A DNA stretch of 64,000 nucleotides from an uncultured Pontibacter sp. (GTDB taxonomy: Bacteria; Bacteroidota; Bacteroidia; Cytophagales; Hymenobacteraceae): contig CBINIP010000014.1 of the NCBI GenBank assembly GCA_966250805.1, positions 12,600 to 76,599 on the forward strand, written 5' to 3'. Position numbers and translations under genes: made by a program. The notes under the pieces were generated by a model. The model did not search any database. It worked only from the letters and a program-made list of their open reading frames with translations, and was not told where the DNA came from. Positions 20,334 to 28,985 of this stretch are shown piece by piece; the first letter of the stretch is position 1, and each line of letters starts with the position of its first letter.

Positions 20334-20469
20334 TAAAATCCTTGTTTAAAGTATAAACAAATGTAAGAATTAGATACTTTTATCATAAAATGCAGCTAAC
20401 TTAGATGCTTAGCCCACTTTGCTATACTTAACGAAAAATAAGAAGAAAAGCGCATAATTTTTTTGCCTG

Positions 20470-21699
20470 ATGAACCTGATCGAAAATATACGCGAAGGCC
20501 TGCGTGCCATTCATAGCAATATGCTGCGTACAGTGCTTACCGGCCTCATCATATCTATAGGTATCATGTCGTTGGTTGGTATACTTACAGCTGTTGATGG
20601 CATGAAGAATTCCCTGAACCAAACATTTTCCAGTTTAGGTGCCAATTCCTTCGACATCCGCAGAAAAGGCTTCTCGAACAGAGGCAACCAGGGCGGACGG
20701 GCTGAGAAAGTATATCCGGTTATCACTTACGAGCAAGCGCGTACTTACAAGGAAATGATGGCTAAAGATGCTTTCGTAAGCCTTTCAGCACGTGTTTCAG
20801 GCGCTACCGTTGTTAAAAGCGAAACCGATAAAACAAACCCTAATATTAATGTGGTTGCCGGCGATGAGTATTATCTGCAGAACCAGAACCTGAACCTAGC
20901 CACCGGTCGTGCATTTTCGAGCTTCGAACTTGATTATGGCAGCAACGTTGCTATTATCGGTAATGAGATCAAAACAAAGCTTTTCCCAAAAACATCACCT
21001 TTGGGCTCTTACATCACATTTTTAGGCCGAAGATTTAAAATAATAGGTGAGTTGGAGAAGAAAGGCGGAAGTATGGGCGGAGGCGGAAGCGACCGTACTA
21101 TTATTATTCCTTTAGAAACCGGACGCCAGATACCGCAGGCTGGAAATACAGCGCTGAACTATGATATCAAAACGGCCATACCAAAGCCTGATGAACTGAA
21201 TTATGTAATGGGCGAAGCAACCGGCATTATGCGCAGCGTGCGGCAAGATCCATTGGGCCAGGAGGAGTCTTTTGAGATACGCCGCAGCGATTCGCTTCTG
21301 CAAAGCCTGAACGAAATATCCGGTTTCCTGAAAGTAGGAGGGTTCATTATTGGTTTTATCACCTTGCTCGGTGCATCTGTTGGTTTGATGAACATAATGA
21401 TGGTATCGGTAAACGAGCGTACTCGTGAAATCGGTGTTAGAAAAGCATTGGGCGCCACTGCCATTCAGATCCGTCAGCAGTTCCTGATCGAAGCCATAGT
21501 TATCTGTATACTAGGAGGCTTGGTAGGCGTGTTTCTGGGCATAATGATGGGTAATGGCATTGCAGCTTTGATTGGTGGCGGAGGTTTTATTGTACCTTGG
21601 ATCTGGGTTGCAGTCGGCCTTACCATATGCGTTGTAGTAGGTGTTATTTCCGGTTACTATCCTGCCTTGGACCCAATAGAATCGCTTCGTTACGAATAA
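20470..21699 (+). CDS. ABC transporter permease, MacB/FtsX family
   Basis: 409 aa. An N-terminal TM segment and a periplasmic MacB-like domain are followed by a C-terminal FtsX domain (ERTREIGVRKALGA ... LDPIESLRYE). Confidence 0.85.
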   Translation: MNLIENIREGLRAIHSNMLRTVLTGLIISIGIMSLVGILTAVDGMKNSLNQTFSSLGANSFDIRRKGFSNRGNQGGRAEKVYPVITYEQARTYKEMMAKDAFVSLSARVSGATVVKSETDKTNPNINVVAGDEYYLQNQNLNLATGRAFSSFELDYGSNVAIIGNEIKTKLFPKTSPLGSYITFLGRRFKIIGELEKKGGSMGGGGSDRTIIIPLETGRQIPQAGNTALNYDIKTAIPKPDELNYVMGEATGIMRSVRQDPLGQEESFEIRRSDSLLQSLNEISGFLKVGGFIIGFITLLGASVGLMNIMMVSVNERTREIGVRKALGATAIQIRQQFLIEAIVICILGGLVGVFLGIMMGNGIAALIGGGGFIVPWIWVAVGLTICVVVGVISGYYPALDPIESLRYE

Positions 21700-21716
21700 G
21701 CATCAGATTAAAGTAT

Positions 21717-21759
21717 AAAAGAGAAGCCATTGCTATACTAGCAATGGCTTCTCTTTTTG
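21717..21759 (+). terminator. Rho-independent terminator after the ABC permease gene
   Basis: 15-bp stem GAGAAGCCATTGCTA / TAGCAATGGCTTCTC (21721-21735 / 21739-21753), then TTTTTG. Confidence 0.8.
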
Positions 21760-21865
21760 TTAGCTATACTTCAGAAAGTGTAAGTTTGTTAACAAGATAA
21801 GGCAGATACAGAGGCTGGTATTTCTTCAAAGTATAAAGAAAGCTCACGGCAACTTTGAAACCGGC

Positions 21866-21902
21866 ACAAATAAAAAGCCCTTGCTATTACGGCAAGGGCT
21901 TT
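21866..21902 (-). terminator. Rho-independent terminator downstream of the ompH-like gene
   Basis: 11-bp stem AAAGCCCTTGC / GCAAGGGCTTT (21874-21884 / 21892-21902), with a T-run following on the minus strand. Confidence 0.75.
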
Positions 21903-21928
21903 AAATCAGAAGAATCAAGCAGTTTGCA

Positions 21929-22531
21929 CTACTTTTTCTTTTCTTCCTTTGGCTGCTCTTTCTCTTTCTTGTATTGTTCGTTCAGACCTTTAACTACAGA
22001 AGATGTGATATCCAGTGTAGAATCGCTGTAAAGAATGGCGCTGTTACCACGAGAGTAAGTAAGTACCATTTTATATCCTTGCTCTTTGCTCAGGTCTTTC
22101 AAGTAAGACTCAACCTGATCGTAGATCTTCTTCATTTCTTCGCCTTCTTCAGTAGCAAGTTCGTTACCTGCATTCTGGTTCTGAGCTGCTAGCTGCTGCT
22201 GTTTCTGCGATAAACGCTGCTCTGTAGCGGCACGCTGCTGCGCAGACATACCTGCAGCTGCCTGCTGGTACTGGGCAACTTCTTTCTGGAATGCACCTGC
22301 TTTAGCCTGTAGGTCCTGCTCAGCTTTTTTAGACTTACCCTGAAGGCGCGTGCGCACATCTTTAAAATAATCGTAATTAGCTAGAAGCGAATCAGAGTTT
22401 ACATACACGATCTCGGCTTTTGCAGCTTCTGTAGTTTCTGCACCGGCTGTAGTTGCAGGCTTTTGCTGGTTGTTGCAGGCAACCATAGCTGCTGCCATGG
22501 CCACTCCCAACATAATCTTTGTTACTTTCAC
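21929..22531 (-). CDS. OmpH/Skp-family periplasmic chaperone
   Basis: 200 aa. It has a lipoprotein-like signal (MVAC), a Q/A-rich coiled coil and a Lys-rich tail. Confidence 0.7.
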   Translation of the reverse strand: MKVTKIMLGVAMAAAMVACNNQQKPATTAGAETTEAAKAEIVYVNSDSLLANYDYFKDVRTRLQGKSKKAEQDLQAKAGAFQKEVAQYQQAAAGMSAQQRAATEQRLSQKQQQLAAQNQNAGNELATEEGEEMKKIYDQVESYLKDLSKEQGYKMVLTYSRGNSAILYSDSTLDITSSVVKGLNEQYKKEKEQPKEEKKK

Positions 22532-22622
22532 AGTTGGTTCTTTATACTTTAAATTGGTTTTAAATATTTCGCTGTAGAAATATAAAGCAAATTTATGAAA
22601 GCTTCATACTTCTGATGGCATT

Positions 22623-23942
22623 TTAATGCTGTAAAACCTCCTGGTAAGTCTCTTCGGCTTCCATTAAGCCGGTAGCGTTTATACCGGTTAATCGAACATG
22701 CTTCTGCTCATTAACCAGCACCGGGTCATACTTGGCCACTACGCGCACATAGTTTTCAGTAAAGCCTTCCATTAAGCCGTCTTTCACATCATCCTCGAAG
22801 AGCACATTAAACTCTTTGCCGATGTTCTGCTCATAGAAGTGGCGCTTCTTTTTCTCAGAAAGTATTCGAAGCATATCAGCACGGCGGTTGCGCTCTTTTA
22901 TACTTACTTTGCCTGGCATTTCAGGAGCCAGCGTGTTTTCGCGCTCAGAGTAAGGGAACACGTGCAGGTAGCTCACATCCAGGCCGTTAATAAAATTATA
23001 AGTCTCCAGGAAATCCTCTTCAGTCTCACCCGGAAAGCCTACGATCACATCTACACCAATGCAGCAGTGCGGCATCAGCGATTTAATTTTAGCAACACGG
23101 TCAGCATATAGTTCGCGCAAGTAACGGCGGCGCATCAGCTTTAGTATTTTGTTAGAACCAGACTGCAGCGGAATATGGAAGTGCGGCATAAACCGCTTGC
23201 TTTCAGCAACAAACTCAATAATATCGTTGCTCAAAAGGTTTGGCTCGATAGAAGAGATTCGGAAGCGGTTTATACTTTCAACTTTATCAAGCTCCTGTAC
23301 CAGCTGGTAAAAAGTTTCTACACGCTTTCCTTCCTGCAGACCAAAATCACCTGTATTTACACCTGTAAGCACAATTTCCTTTACACCTGAAGCGGCTATA
23401 TCGTGTGCAGATTTTACCACATTCTCTATACTATCGGAACGGCTGTTGCCACGAGCCAGAGGTATAGTGCAGAAAGAGCAGGAGTAATCGCAGCCATCCT
23501 GCACTTTCAGGAAAGTACGGGTACGATCGCCGAAAGAGTAGGAGTTATGGAAGGTATTAGCCTCTGAAATAGCGCTTGCCAGCACTTGCGGCTTGCCCTG
23601 CTTCACAAAACCATCCAGTATATCAACTAGCTGAAATTTCTCAGCAGCACCTAAAACGGCATCCACACCCGGAATCTCGCTGATCTCTTTTGGCTTAAGC
23701 TGAGCGTAACAACCAATTATAGTAATAAAAGCATTAGGAGAATGCTTCTGGGCTTCCTTCACAATTTTGCGGCACTTCTTGTCTGCGTTATCTGTAACAG
23801 AGCACGTGTTAATGACATAGATGTCCGGCGTATCAGTAAACTCTACTTTTTCGAAGCCACGCTCCTGGAACATACGGCCAATGGTGCTGGTCTCAGAGTA
23901 ATTTAGTTTACAACCTAAGGTATAAAAAGCTACTTTTTTCAT
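22623..23942 (-). CDS. mtaB: tRNA-t6A37 methylthiotransferase MtaB
   Basis: 439 aa. It starts MKKVAFYTLGCKLN and carries the radical-SAM motif CDYSCSFC. This is the MiaB-like architecture with no MiaB-type N-terminal extension. Confidence 0.8.
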   Translation of the reverse strand: MKKVAFYTLGCKLNYSETSTIGRMFQERGFEKVEFTDTPDIYVINTCSVTDNADKKCRKIVKEAQKHSPNAFITIIGCYAQLKPKEISEIPGVDAVLGAAEKFQLVDILDGFVKQGKPQVLASAISEANTFHNSYSFGDRTRTFLKVQDGCDYSCSFCTIPLARGNSRSDSIENVVKSAHDIAASGVKEIVLTGVNTGDFGLQEGKRVETFYQLVQELDKVESINRFRISSIEPNLLSNDIIEFVAESKRFMPHFHIPLQSGSNKILKLMRRRYLRELYADRVAKIKSLMPHCCIGVDVIVGFPGETEEDFLETYNFINGLDVSYLHVFPYSERENTLAPEMPGKVSIKERNRRADMLRILSEKKKRHFYEQNIGKEFNVLFEDDVKDGLMEGFTENYVRVVAKYDPVLVNEQKHVRLTGINATGLMEAEETYQEVLQH

Positions 23943-23952
23943 AATCGAGCTA

Positions 23953-23960
23953 CAAAGGTA
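23953..23960 (-). promoter_or_regulatory. -7 promoter box (TACCTTTG) for mtaB
   Basis: It matches TAnnTTTG on the minus strand, about 10 nt upstream of the ATG at 23942. Confidence 0.4.
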
Positions 23961-24062
23961 CGTAAAATTTAATTTTAGCTGAGGGTAAGAAGCCTGTTAA
24001 TTGCTAAAGGTTAAAGAACTGACTAGCAACAAGGTTAGGTTTATATTTATGATGTACAGGCA

Positions 24063-25901
24063 CTATTTCTTCAGGAAATCCTCGAAAGAATACTGCATGT
24101 ATGCTTTACCAAGCTCAACCTGCTCCTCTGTAACCTCAGGATCACGCGTGATGGGCTTTTTAGCTACATTATCATAGGTAAGTATACCTTGAGGCGTTAC
24201 AAACCCAAAGCCATCATTAAACACATAAAAAGCAAAAGGATAGTCAGTTGCAGCCATTAAGTTGCGGCCCCACTTAAAGTCCTGGTGAGGAAGGTTAAGC
24301 TGTGCCAGCAGGGTAGAGGCTATATCAGTCTGAGAGGCTATAGTTGTTACTTCTTTTCCTTTCTGGGTAACAACACCGCCAGTAAGTATAAATGGTATCT
24401 TAAATTTACTAGGAGCATGGTTGGCATCGTCGCCAGGCAGCGCGTGTCCGTGGTCGGCAACTATAACTACTAATGTATTTTGCCACCAGGGCTGCTTTTT
24501 AGCTTCTGTTATAAACCTGCCAAGTGCCCAGTCGGTGTAATAAACCGAGTTGCGGAATTTAGCTGTGTTGTCAGTACCCGGGAATTTAGCTGGGATCGGA
24601 ATTTCATATGGCTCGTGGCTGCTCAAAGTATAAACAGTTGAGAAGAACGGTGCCTTTTCCTGTTTCAGGTCTTTCAACACACGGTCAAACAAAACATGGT
24701 CGTGCGCACCCCACTTGGAATTATAGCTCTCTGCAGGAAAATCTGCTTTATCAATAAGTTTATTGTATCCGCCGTTAAGTAAGAAGGATTTGATGTTTGC
24801 AAACTCCAGCTCGCCGCCATAATAGTAACTTGTAGTATAGCCTTTCTGCTCGAAAACCTTGCTTAGCTGCGGCAGCTTCTCTGTTTTCTTAGGTGTTTTG
24901 ATGATAGAAGTAGTAGTCTGCACCGGATAACCACTCAGCAATGCCACCATACCTTTTTCGCTGCGGTCGCCGCTGGCATACATATTTGTAAAATTTACAC
25001 CCTCGGCTGCCAATTTATCCAAGTTTGGTGTTACACCCTGCTCGCCACCAAGGCTACCGACAAACTTTGCTGTATAACTCTCTAATATTATAAAGAGCAC
25101 GTTTGGTTTATCAGCAGAAATAAGCTTTTCGGTGGAGTCTGATGCAGCTGCATATAACGCTTCTACTTTAGCCTGCGCCTGCGGCATCTGCATGTAGTTA
25201 TAAGGGTTCTTGCTTACCTTGTTATACTTAAGCAGCGCGTGCATCAGGTTCCAGGGCATGTTCAGGCCAGCATGGTTTGCATAAGGATTATCAGAAAAAT
25301 AAGCCACGCTCTGATTTATAGGTATTTGCTGTATTCCTCCACGCAAGGGCAGTACCAGCAGAATCAGGTATACAAACGAAGCAGTAACCAATGGCCACTT
25401 GTTGTGCTGCAACTTATACTTCTCAGGATCAAAGTATAACTTAAACAGAAGTATAAATAACGAACTGATAGCCAGAACAACTATAAAAAGCAAAAACAAC
25501 GGAGCGTTGGCTGCAGAAGCGGCCATTTCGCCGGGTGTGTTCAGGTATTGCAGCGGTGAAGCATCTAACCGGAAACCCCAGAAAGTATAAAGCTCAAGGT
25601 CTGCGGCAAGAAGAGTGGTTATCAGCACTAATAAAGTATAAGTATAGTACCTGACAACTTTGGAGCCATTGAACTTAGGTAACAGCGCAGCGATCAGAAG
25701 CACCAGGAACGGCAGGAGCGAAGTATAGGCAATGAATGAAAAGTCGAGACGCGAACCAAAAAGGAAAGTATTGAATATATCAGCAATAGAAAGCTTTTCG
25801 GTACGGTCGAGGTGGTAGACAAGGAAAATTGCCCTGGCCACTATATAATAAAGTACCCAAAACAGAAAGTATAAGGGCTGGTAATATATTCTTCTTTTCA
25901 C
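24063..25901 (-). CDS. LTA-synthase-family sulfatase-domain membrane protein (phosphoglycerol/phosphoethanolamine-transferase-like)
   Basis: 612 aa. An N-terminal multi-TM region is followed by an extracytoplasmic sulfatase fold (ILESYT, VADHGH). Confidence 0.75.
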   Translation of the reverse strand: MKRRIYYQPLYFLFWVLYYIVARAIFLVYHLDRTEKLSIADIFNTFLFGSRLDFSFIAYTSLLPFLVLLIAALLPKFNGSKVVRYYTYTLLVLITTLLAADLELYTFWGFRLDASPLQYLNTPGEMAASAANAPLFLLFIVVLAISSLFILLFKLYFDPEKYKLQHNKWPLVTASFVYLILLVLPLRGGIQQIPINQSVAYFSDNPYANHAGLNMPWNLMHALLKYNKVSKNPYNYMQMPQAQAKVEALYAAASDSTEKLISADKPNVLFIILESYTAKFVGSLGGEQGVTPNLDKLAAEGVNFTNMYASGDRSEKGMVALLSGYPVQTTTSIIKTPKKTEKLPQLSKVFEQKGYTTSYYYGGELEFANIKSFLLNGGYNKLIDKADFPAESYNSKWGAHDHVLFDRVLKDLKQEKAPFFSTVYTLSSHEPYEIPIPAKFPGTDNTAKFRNSVYYTDWALGRFITEAKKQPWWQNTLVVIVADHGHALPGDDANHAPSKFKIPFILTGGVVTQKGKEVTTIASQTDIASTLLAQLNLPHQDFKWGRNLMAATDYPFAFYVFNDGFGFVTPQGILTYDNVAKKPITRDPEVTEEQVELGKAYMQYSFEDFLKK

Positions 25902-26101
25902 AAGTACAAATATACACGATTAATATCGCCTATGTAACCATCGCCCAAAGAAGAAGATTCTATCATCTACCCCTGTGTAATTCACATGTCAAAATCGTGA
26001 AAAAATGTTAACACTAACATACACCCATAGTATAACAAGGGGGTTTAGTAAATATTTAACTATTTTTTCAGACACACCCCCTAAAATTTACACCCCTAAT
26101 G

Positions 26102-26131
26102 TTTGCAACTTCAATTTTTACTTTACCTTTG
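26102..26131 (+). promoter_or_regulatory. Bacteroidota-type promoter for glnN (-33 TTTG, -7 TACCTTTG)
   Basis: TTTG at 26102-26105 and TACCTTTG at 26124-26131 are separated by an 18-nt spacer. The ATG is at 26157. Confidence 0.5.
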
Positions 26132-26156
26132 CGATGGATTTAACCCACCTTTAACC

Positions 26157-28349
26157 ATGGCTATACTTAGATTTAAGGCACTGGAGTTAGTAAGCCAGCG
26201 CAAAGCACAGGAGATCAAGCAGTCTTCTGAAAAAATATCAGATTATTATGGCGAAAACGTGTTCGGCTTCGATGAAATGCGAGCCACTATGTCGTCGGAT
26301 AACTTCAAGCGCCTGCAGCGCACCATTGAGTCTGGCGAAAAAGTTGACCGCCACTTAGCAGATGCTGTTGCTTCTGCCATGAAAACCTGGTCTATAAGCA
26401 AAGGTGCAACACACTACACGCACTGGTTCCAGCCGCTTACTGGCTCTACTGCCGAAAAACATGACTCATTCTTCGACCTTACTTCTGAAGGCGATGCTAT
26501 TGAGAATTTCAAAGGTAATGCCCTGGTACAGCAGGAACCGGATGCATCCTCTTTCCCTAGCGGTGGTATCCGTAACACATTCGAGGCCCGTGGTTATAGC
26601 GCCTGGGACCCATCTTCACCAGCTTTCCTGATCCAGAATGCCGGCACTAAGACGCTCTGTATCCCTACAATCTTCGTTTCATATACTGGCGAAGCTCTTG
26701 ACTATAAAACACCTCTATTAAAATCACTGCACCTACTAAGCGAGGCTGCTCTGCCGGTTTGCCAGTATTTCGATAAAGATGTTACCAAAGTAACCACTAC
26801 TCTAGGTATTGAGCAGGAATATTTTCTGGTTGACCGCGCTCTTTGGGAAGCCCGCCCGGACCTTGTAATGACTGGACGTACGCTATTTGGCCATGCCCCA
26901 GCAAAAGGTCAGCAGTTGGAAGACCACTATTTCGGTTCTATACCTAGCCGCGTACATGCCTACATGGTTGATTTCGAAAGAACAGCCCTGAAATTAGGTA
27001 TTCCGCTAAGAACACGCCACAACGAGGTTGCGCCTAACCAATTTGAGTGTGCCCCGACCTTTGAAGATGCTAACCTTGCCGTAGACCACAACCAGCTTCT
27101 GATGGATGTGATGGACCGCGTTGCCGAGCGCCACAACTTTAAAGTGTTACTTCATGAGAAGCCATATAAAGGGGTAAACGGCAGTGGAAAGCACAACAAC
27201 TGGGCGTTAAGCACTAACACGGGTGTTAATCTGCTTTCTCCAGGCAAGAAGCCTAAAGAAAACCTGCAGTTCCTGACATTCTTTGTGAATACCATCATGG
27301 CTGTTTACAAGCACGCCGACCTGCTGCGCGCCAGCATTGCATCTGCCAGCAACGATCACAGATTGGGAGCAAACGAAGCTCCACCTGCTATCATGTCAGT
27401 TTTTGTTGGCCAGCAACTTACAGCTGTACTGGATGAGCTGGAGCGCACAGCCAAAGTACCGATGGAAAAAGGCGATAACATGTACCTGAAACTGGGTATA
27501 GACCGCATTCCGGAAGTGCTACGCGACAACACCGACCGTAACCGTACTTCGCCTTTTGCCTTTACCGGCAATAAGTTCGAGTTCCGTGCAGTTGGTTCTT
27601 CAGCCAACAGTTCTTCTTCTATGACGGTGCTGAACACCATTGTAGCCGACCAGCTTATTGAGTTCCGCAAAACCGTGGATGAACTGATAGAGGTACAGGG
27701 CATGAAAAAAGAGCTGGCTATCATTAAAGTGCTTCGCGAATATGTAGTAGCTTCTAAAGCAATTCGCTTTGAAGGAAACGGATACTCCCAGGAGTGGGCA
27801 GATGAAGCCGCAAGACGTGGTTTATCTAACATTAAATCTACGCCGCTTGCCCTTGATGTTTATGAGCACGACCAAACAAAAGAGGTCTTCATCAAAAATG
27901 GCATCTTTACAGAACTGGAGCTTTGTGCACGCCACGAAATATTGCTGGAAGATTACATCAAGAAGATACAGATCGAGTCGCGTGTGATGGGAGACCTGGC
28001 GCTTAACCACGTTATCCCGACAGCTGTTGCTTACCAGAACAAACTGATCCAGAACATACGCGGTTTAAGAGAGCTTGGCCTGGAAGATGAGTACGTACAG
28101 ACAACCCTGGATGCTATAAAGAAAATGTCTCGTCACATTTCAACTATACAGCGTAGTGTAGACGAAATGGTTGATGCCCGTAAAGTAGCCAACAAAATAG
28201 ACGACGTCCGTGAGCGCGCTATCATGTATAACGAGAAGGTTCTAGGCTACTTCGATACCATCCGCTACAGCGTAGACAAGCTGGAACTTATGGTTGATGA
28301 TGAAGACTGGCCACTAATCAAATATCGTGAACTGATGTTCAGACGCTAG
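26157..28349 (+). CDS. glnN: Glutamine synthetase type III
   Basis: About 730 aa from MAILRFKALE. The long GSIII architecture is present (EQEYFL, NGSGKHNNW). The ORF-track TTG start at 26103 overlaps the promoter, so I chose the ATG at 26157. Confidence 0.9.
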   Translation: MAILRFKALELVSQRKAQEIKQSSEKISDYYGENVFGFDEMRATMSSDNFKRLQRTIESGEKVDRHLADAVASAMKTWSISKGATHYTHWFQPLTGSTAEKHDSFFDLTSEGDAIENFKGNALVQQEPDASSFPSGGIRNTFEARGYSAWDPSSPAFLIQNAGTKTLCIPTIFVSYTGEALDYKTPLLKSLHLLSEAALPVCQYFDKDVTKVTTTLGIEQEYFLVDRALWEARPDLVMTGRTLFGHAPAKGQQLEDHYFGSIPSRVHAYMVDFERTALKLGIPLRTRHNEVAPNQFECAPTFEDANLAVDHNQLLMDVMDRVAERHNFKVLLHEKPYKGVNGSGKHNNWALSTNTGVNLLSPGKKPKENLQFLTFFVNTIMAVYKHADLLRASIASASNDHRLGANEAPPAIMSVFVGQQLTAVLDELERTAKVPMEKGDNMYLKLGIDRIPEVLRDNTDRNRTSPFAFTGNKFEFRAVGSSANSSSSMTVLNTIVADQLIEFRKTVDELIEVQGMKKELAIIKVLREYVVASKAIRFEGNGYSQEWADEAARRGLSNIKSTPLALDVYEHDQTKEVFIKNGIFTELELCARHEILLEDYIKKIQIESRVMGDLALNHVIPTAVAYQNKLIQNIRGLRELGLEDEYVQTTLDAIKKMSRHISTIQRSVDEMVDARKVANKIDDVRERAIMYNEKVLGYFDTIRYSVDKLELMVDDEDWPLIKYRELMFRR

Positions 28350-28367
28350 AAATTTACATTTTATAAC

Positions 28368-28402
28368 AAGAAAGGCACCTGCAATGGGTGCCTTTCTTTT
28401 TT
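28368..28402 (+). terminator. Rho-independent terminator after glnN
   Basis: Stem AAGAAAGGCACC / GGTGCCTTTCTT with a 7-nt loop, then TTTT. Confidence 0.8.
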
Positions 28403-28431
28403 ATTCCTATGTAGTAGTATAACTCATTCTA

Positions 28432-28812
28432 TCAATCTGTTGTTTTCCAGTTTTTATACTTGCCCACTAGTTCGCCACCTACCTTAGCAAGTATAAGCGG
28501 GAGCAACACAATAGCTATACCTACTGCAATAAAATGGCGTAACCCCAAACGCTTTATTAAAATGCTGGCAACGTTATCGCGCAGCTGCACCATCATAAAC
28601 CGGCCGGCCTTAGTCATAGGTTTACCTTTTAGTATTTCCTGCACTTCACGCCAGTTGCCGCGCTCAATCTGCCTTTTCAGGAAATTCACGACAGAATCTT
28701 TCGTTATAAGTATGGCTGCGTTTAACTGGTCCTGGCGGAGGCGCGCCCAACGCAACAGCTGTTGCATTTTTGCGTCAGGGTGTTTAGGTAAAAAAGCTCG
28801 CATGTGTATCAT
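28432..28812 (-). CDS. Hypothetical membrane-anchored protein
   Basis: 126 aa with a plausible composition and a C-terminal TM segment (FIAVGIAIVLLPLILA). I prefer it to the fully overlapping + ORF 28460-28831. Confidence 0.5.
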   Translation of the reverse strand: MIHMRAFLPKHPDAKMQQLLRWARLRQDQLNAAILITKDSVVNFLKRQIERGNWREVQEILKGKPMTKAGRFMMVQLRDNVASILIKRLGLRHFIAVGIAIVLLPLILAKVGGELVGKYKNWKTTD

Positions 28813-28985
28813 GGCCGGAAATTTTATGTAAATGGCTTTTTGATCTTATAACTTGAAAGACTTGCAACTGATACCTTGATACATGTAACGAATAAGCATT
28901 ACCTTTACGTGTTCCGCATTTTGAACAAAGCAACTTATACTTTAGTTAATCATACGAAGCTTTCGATAGCAATAGCATACGCTTT

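Noticed and set aside
28460-28831. A 123-aa + strand ORF that fully overlaps the minus ORF 28432-28812.
   Set aside because: Its translation is S/P/T/R-rich and looks like a shadow. The minus-strand product has a normal composition and a C-terminal TM helix. Neither call is strongly supported.
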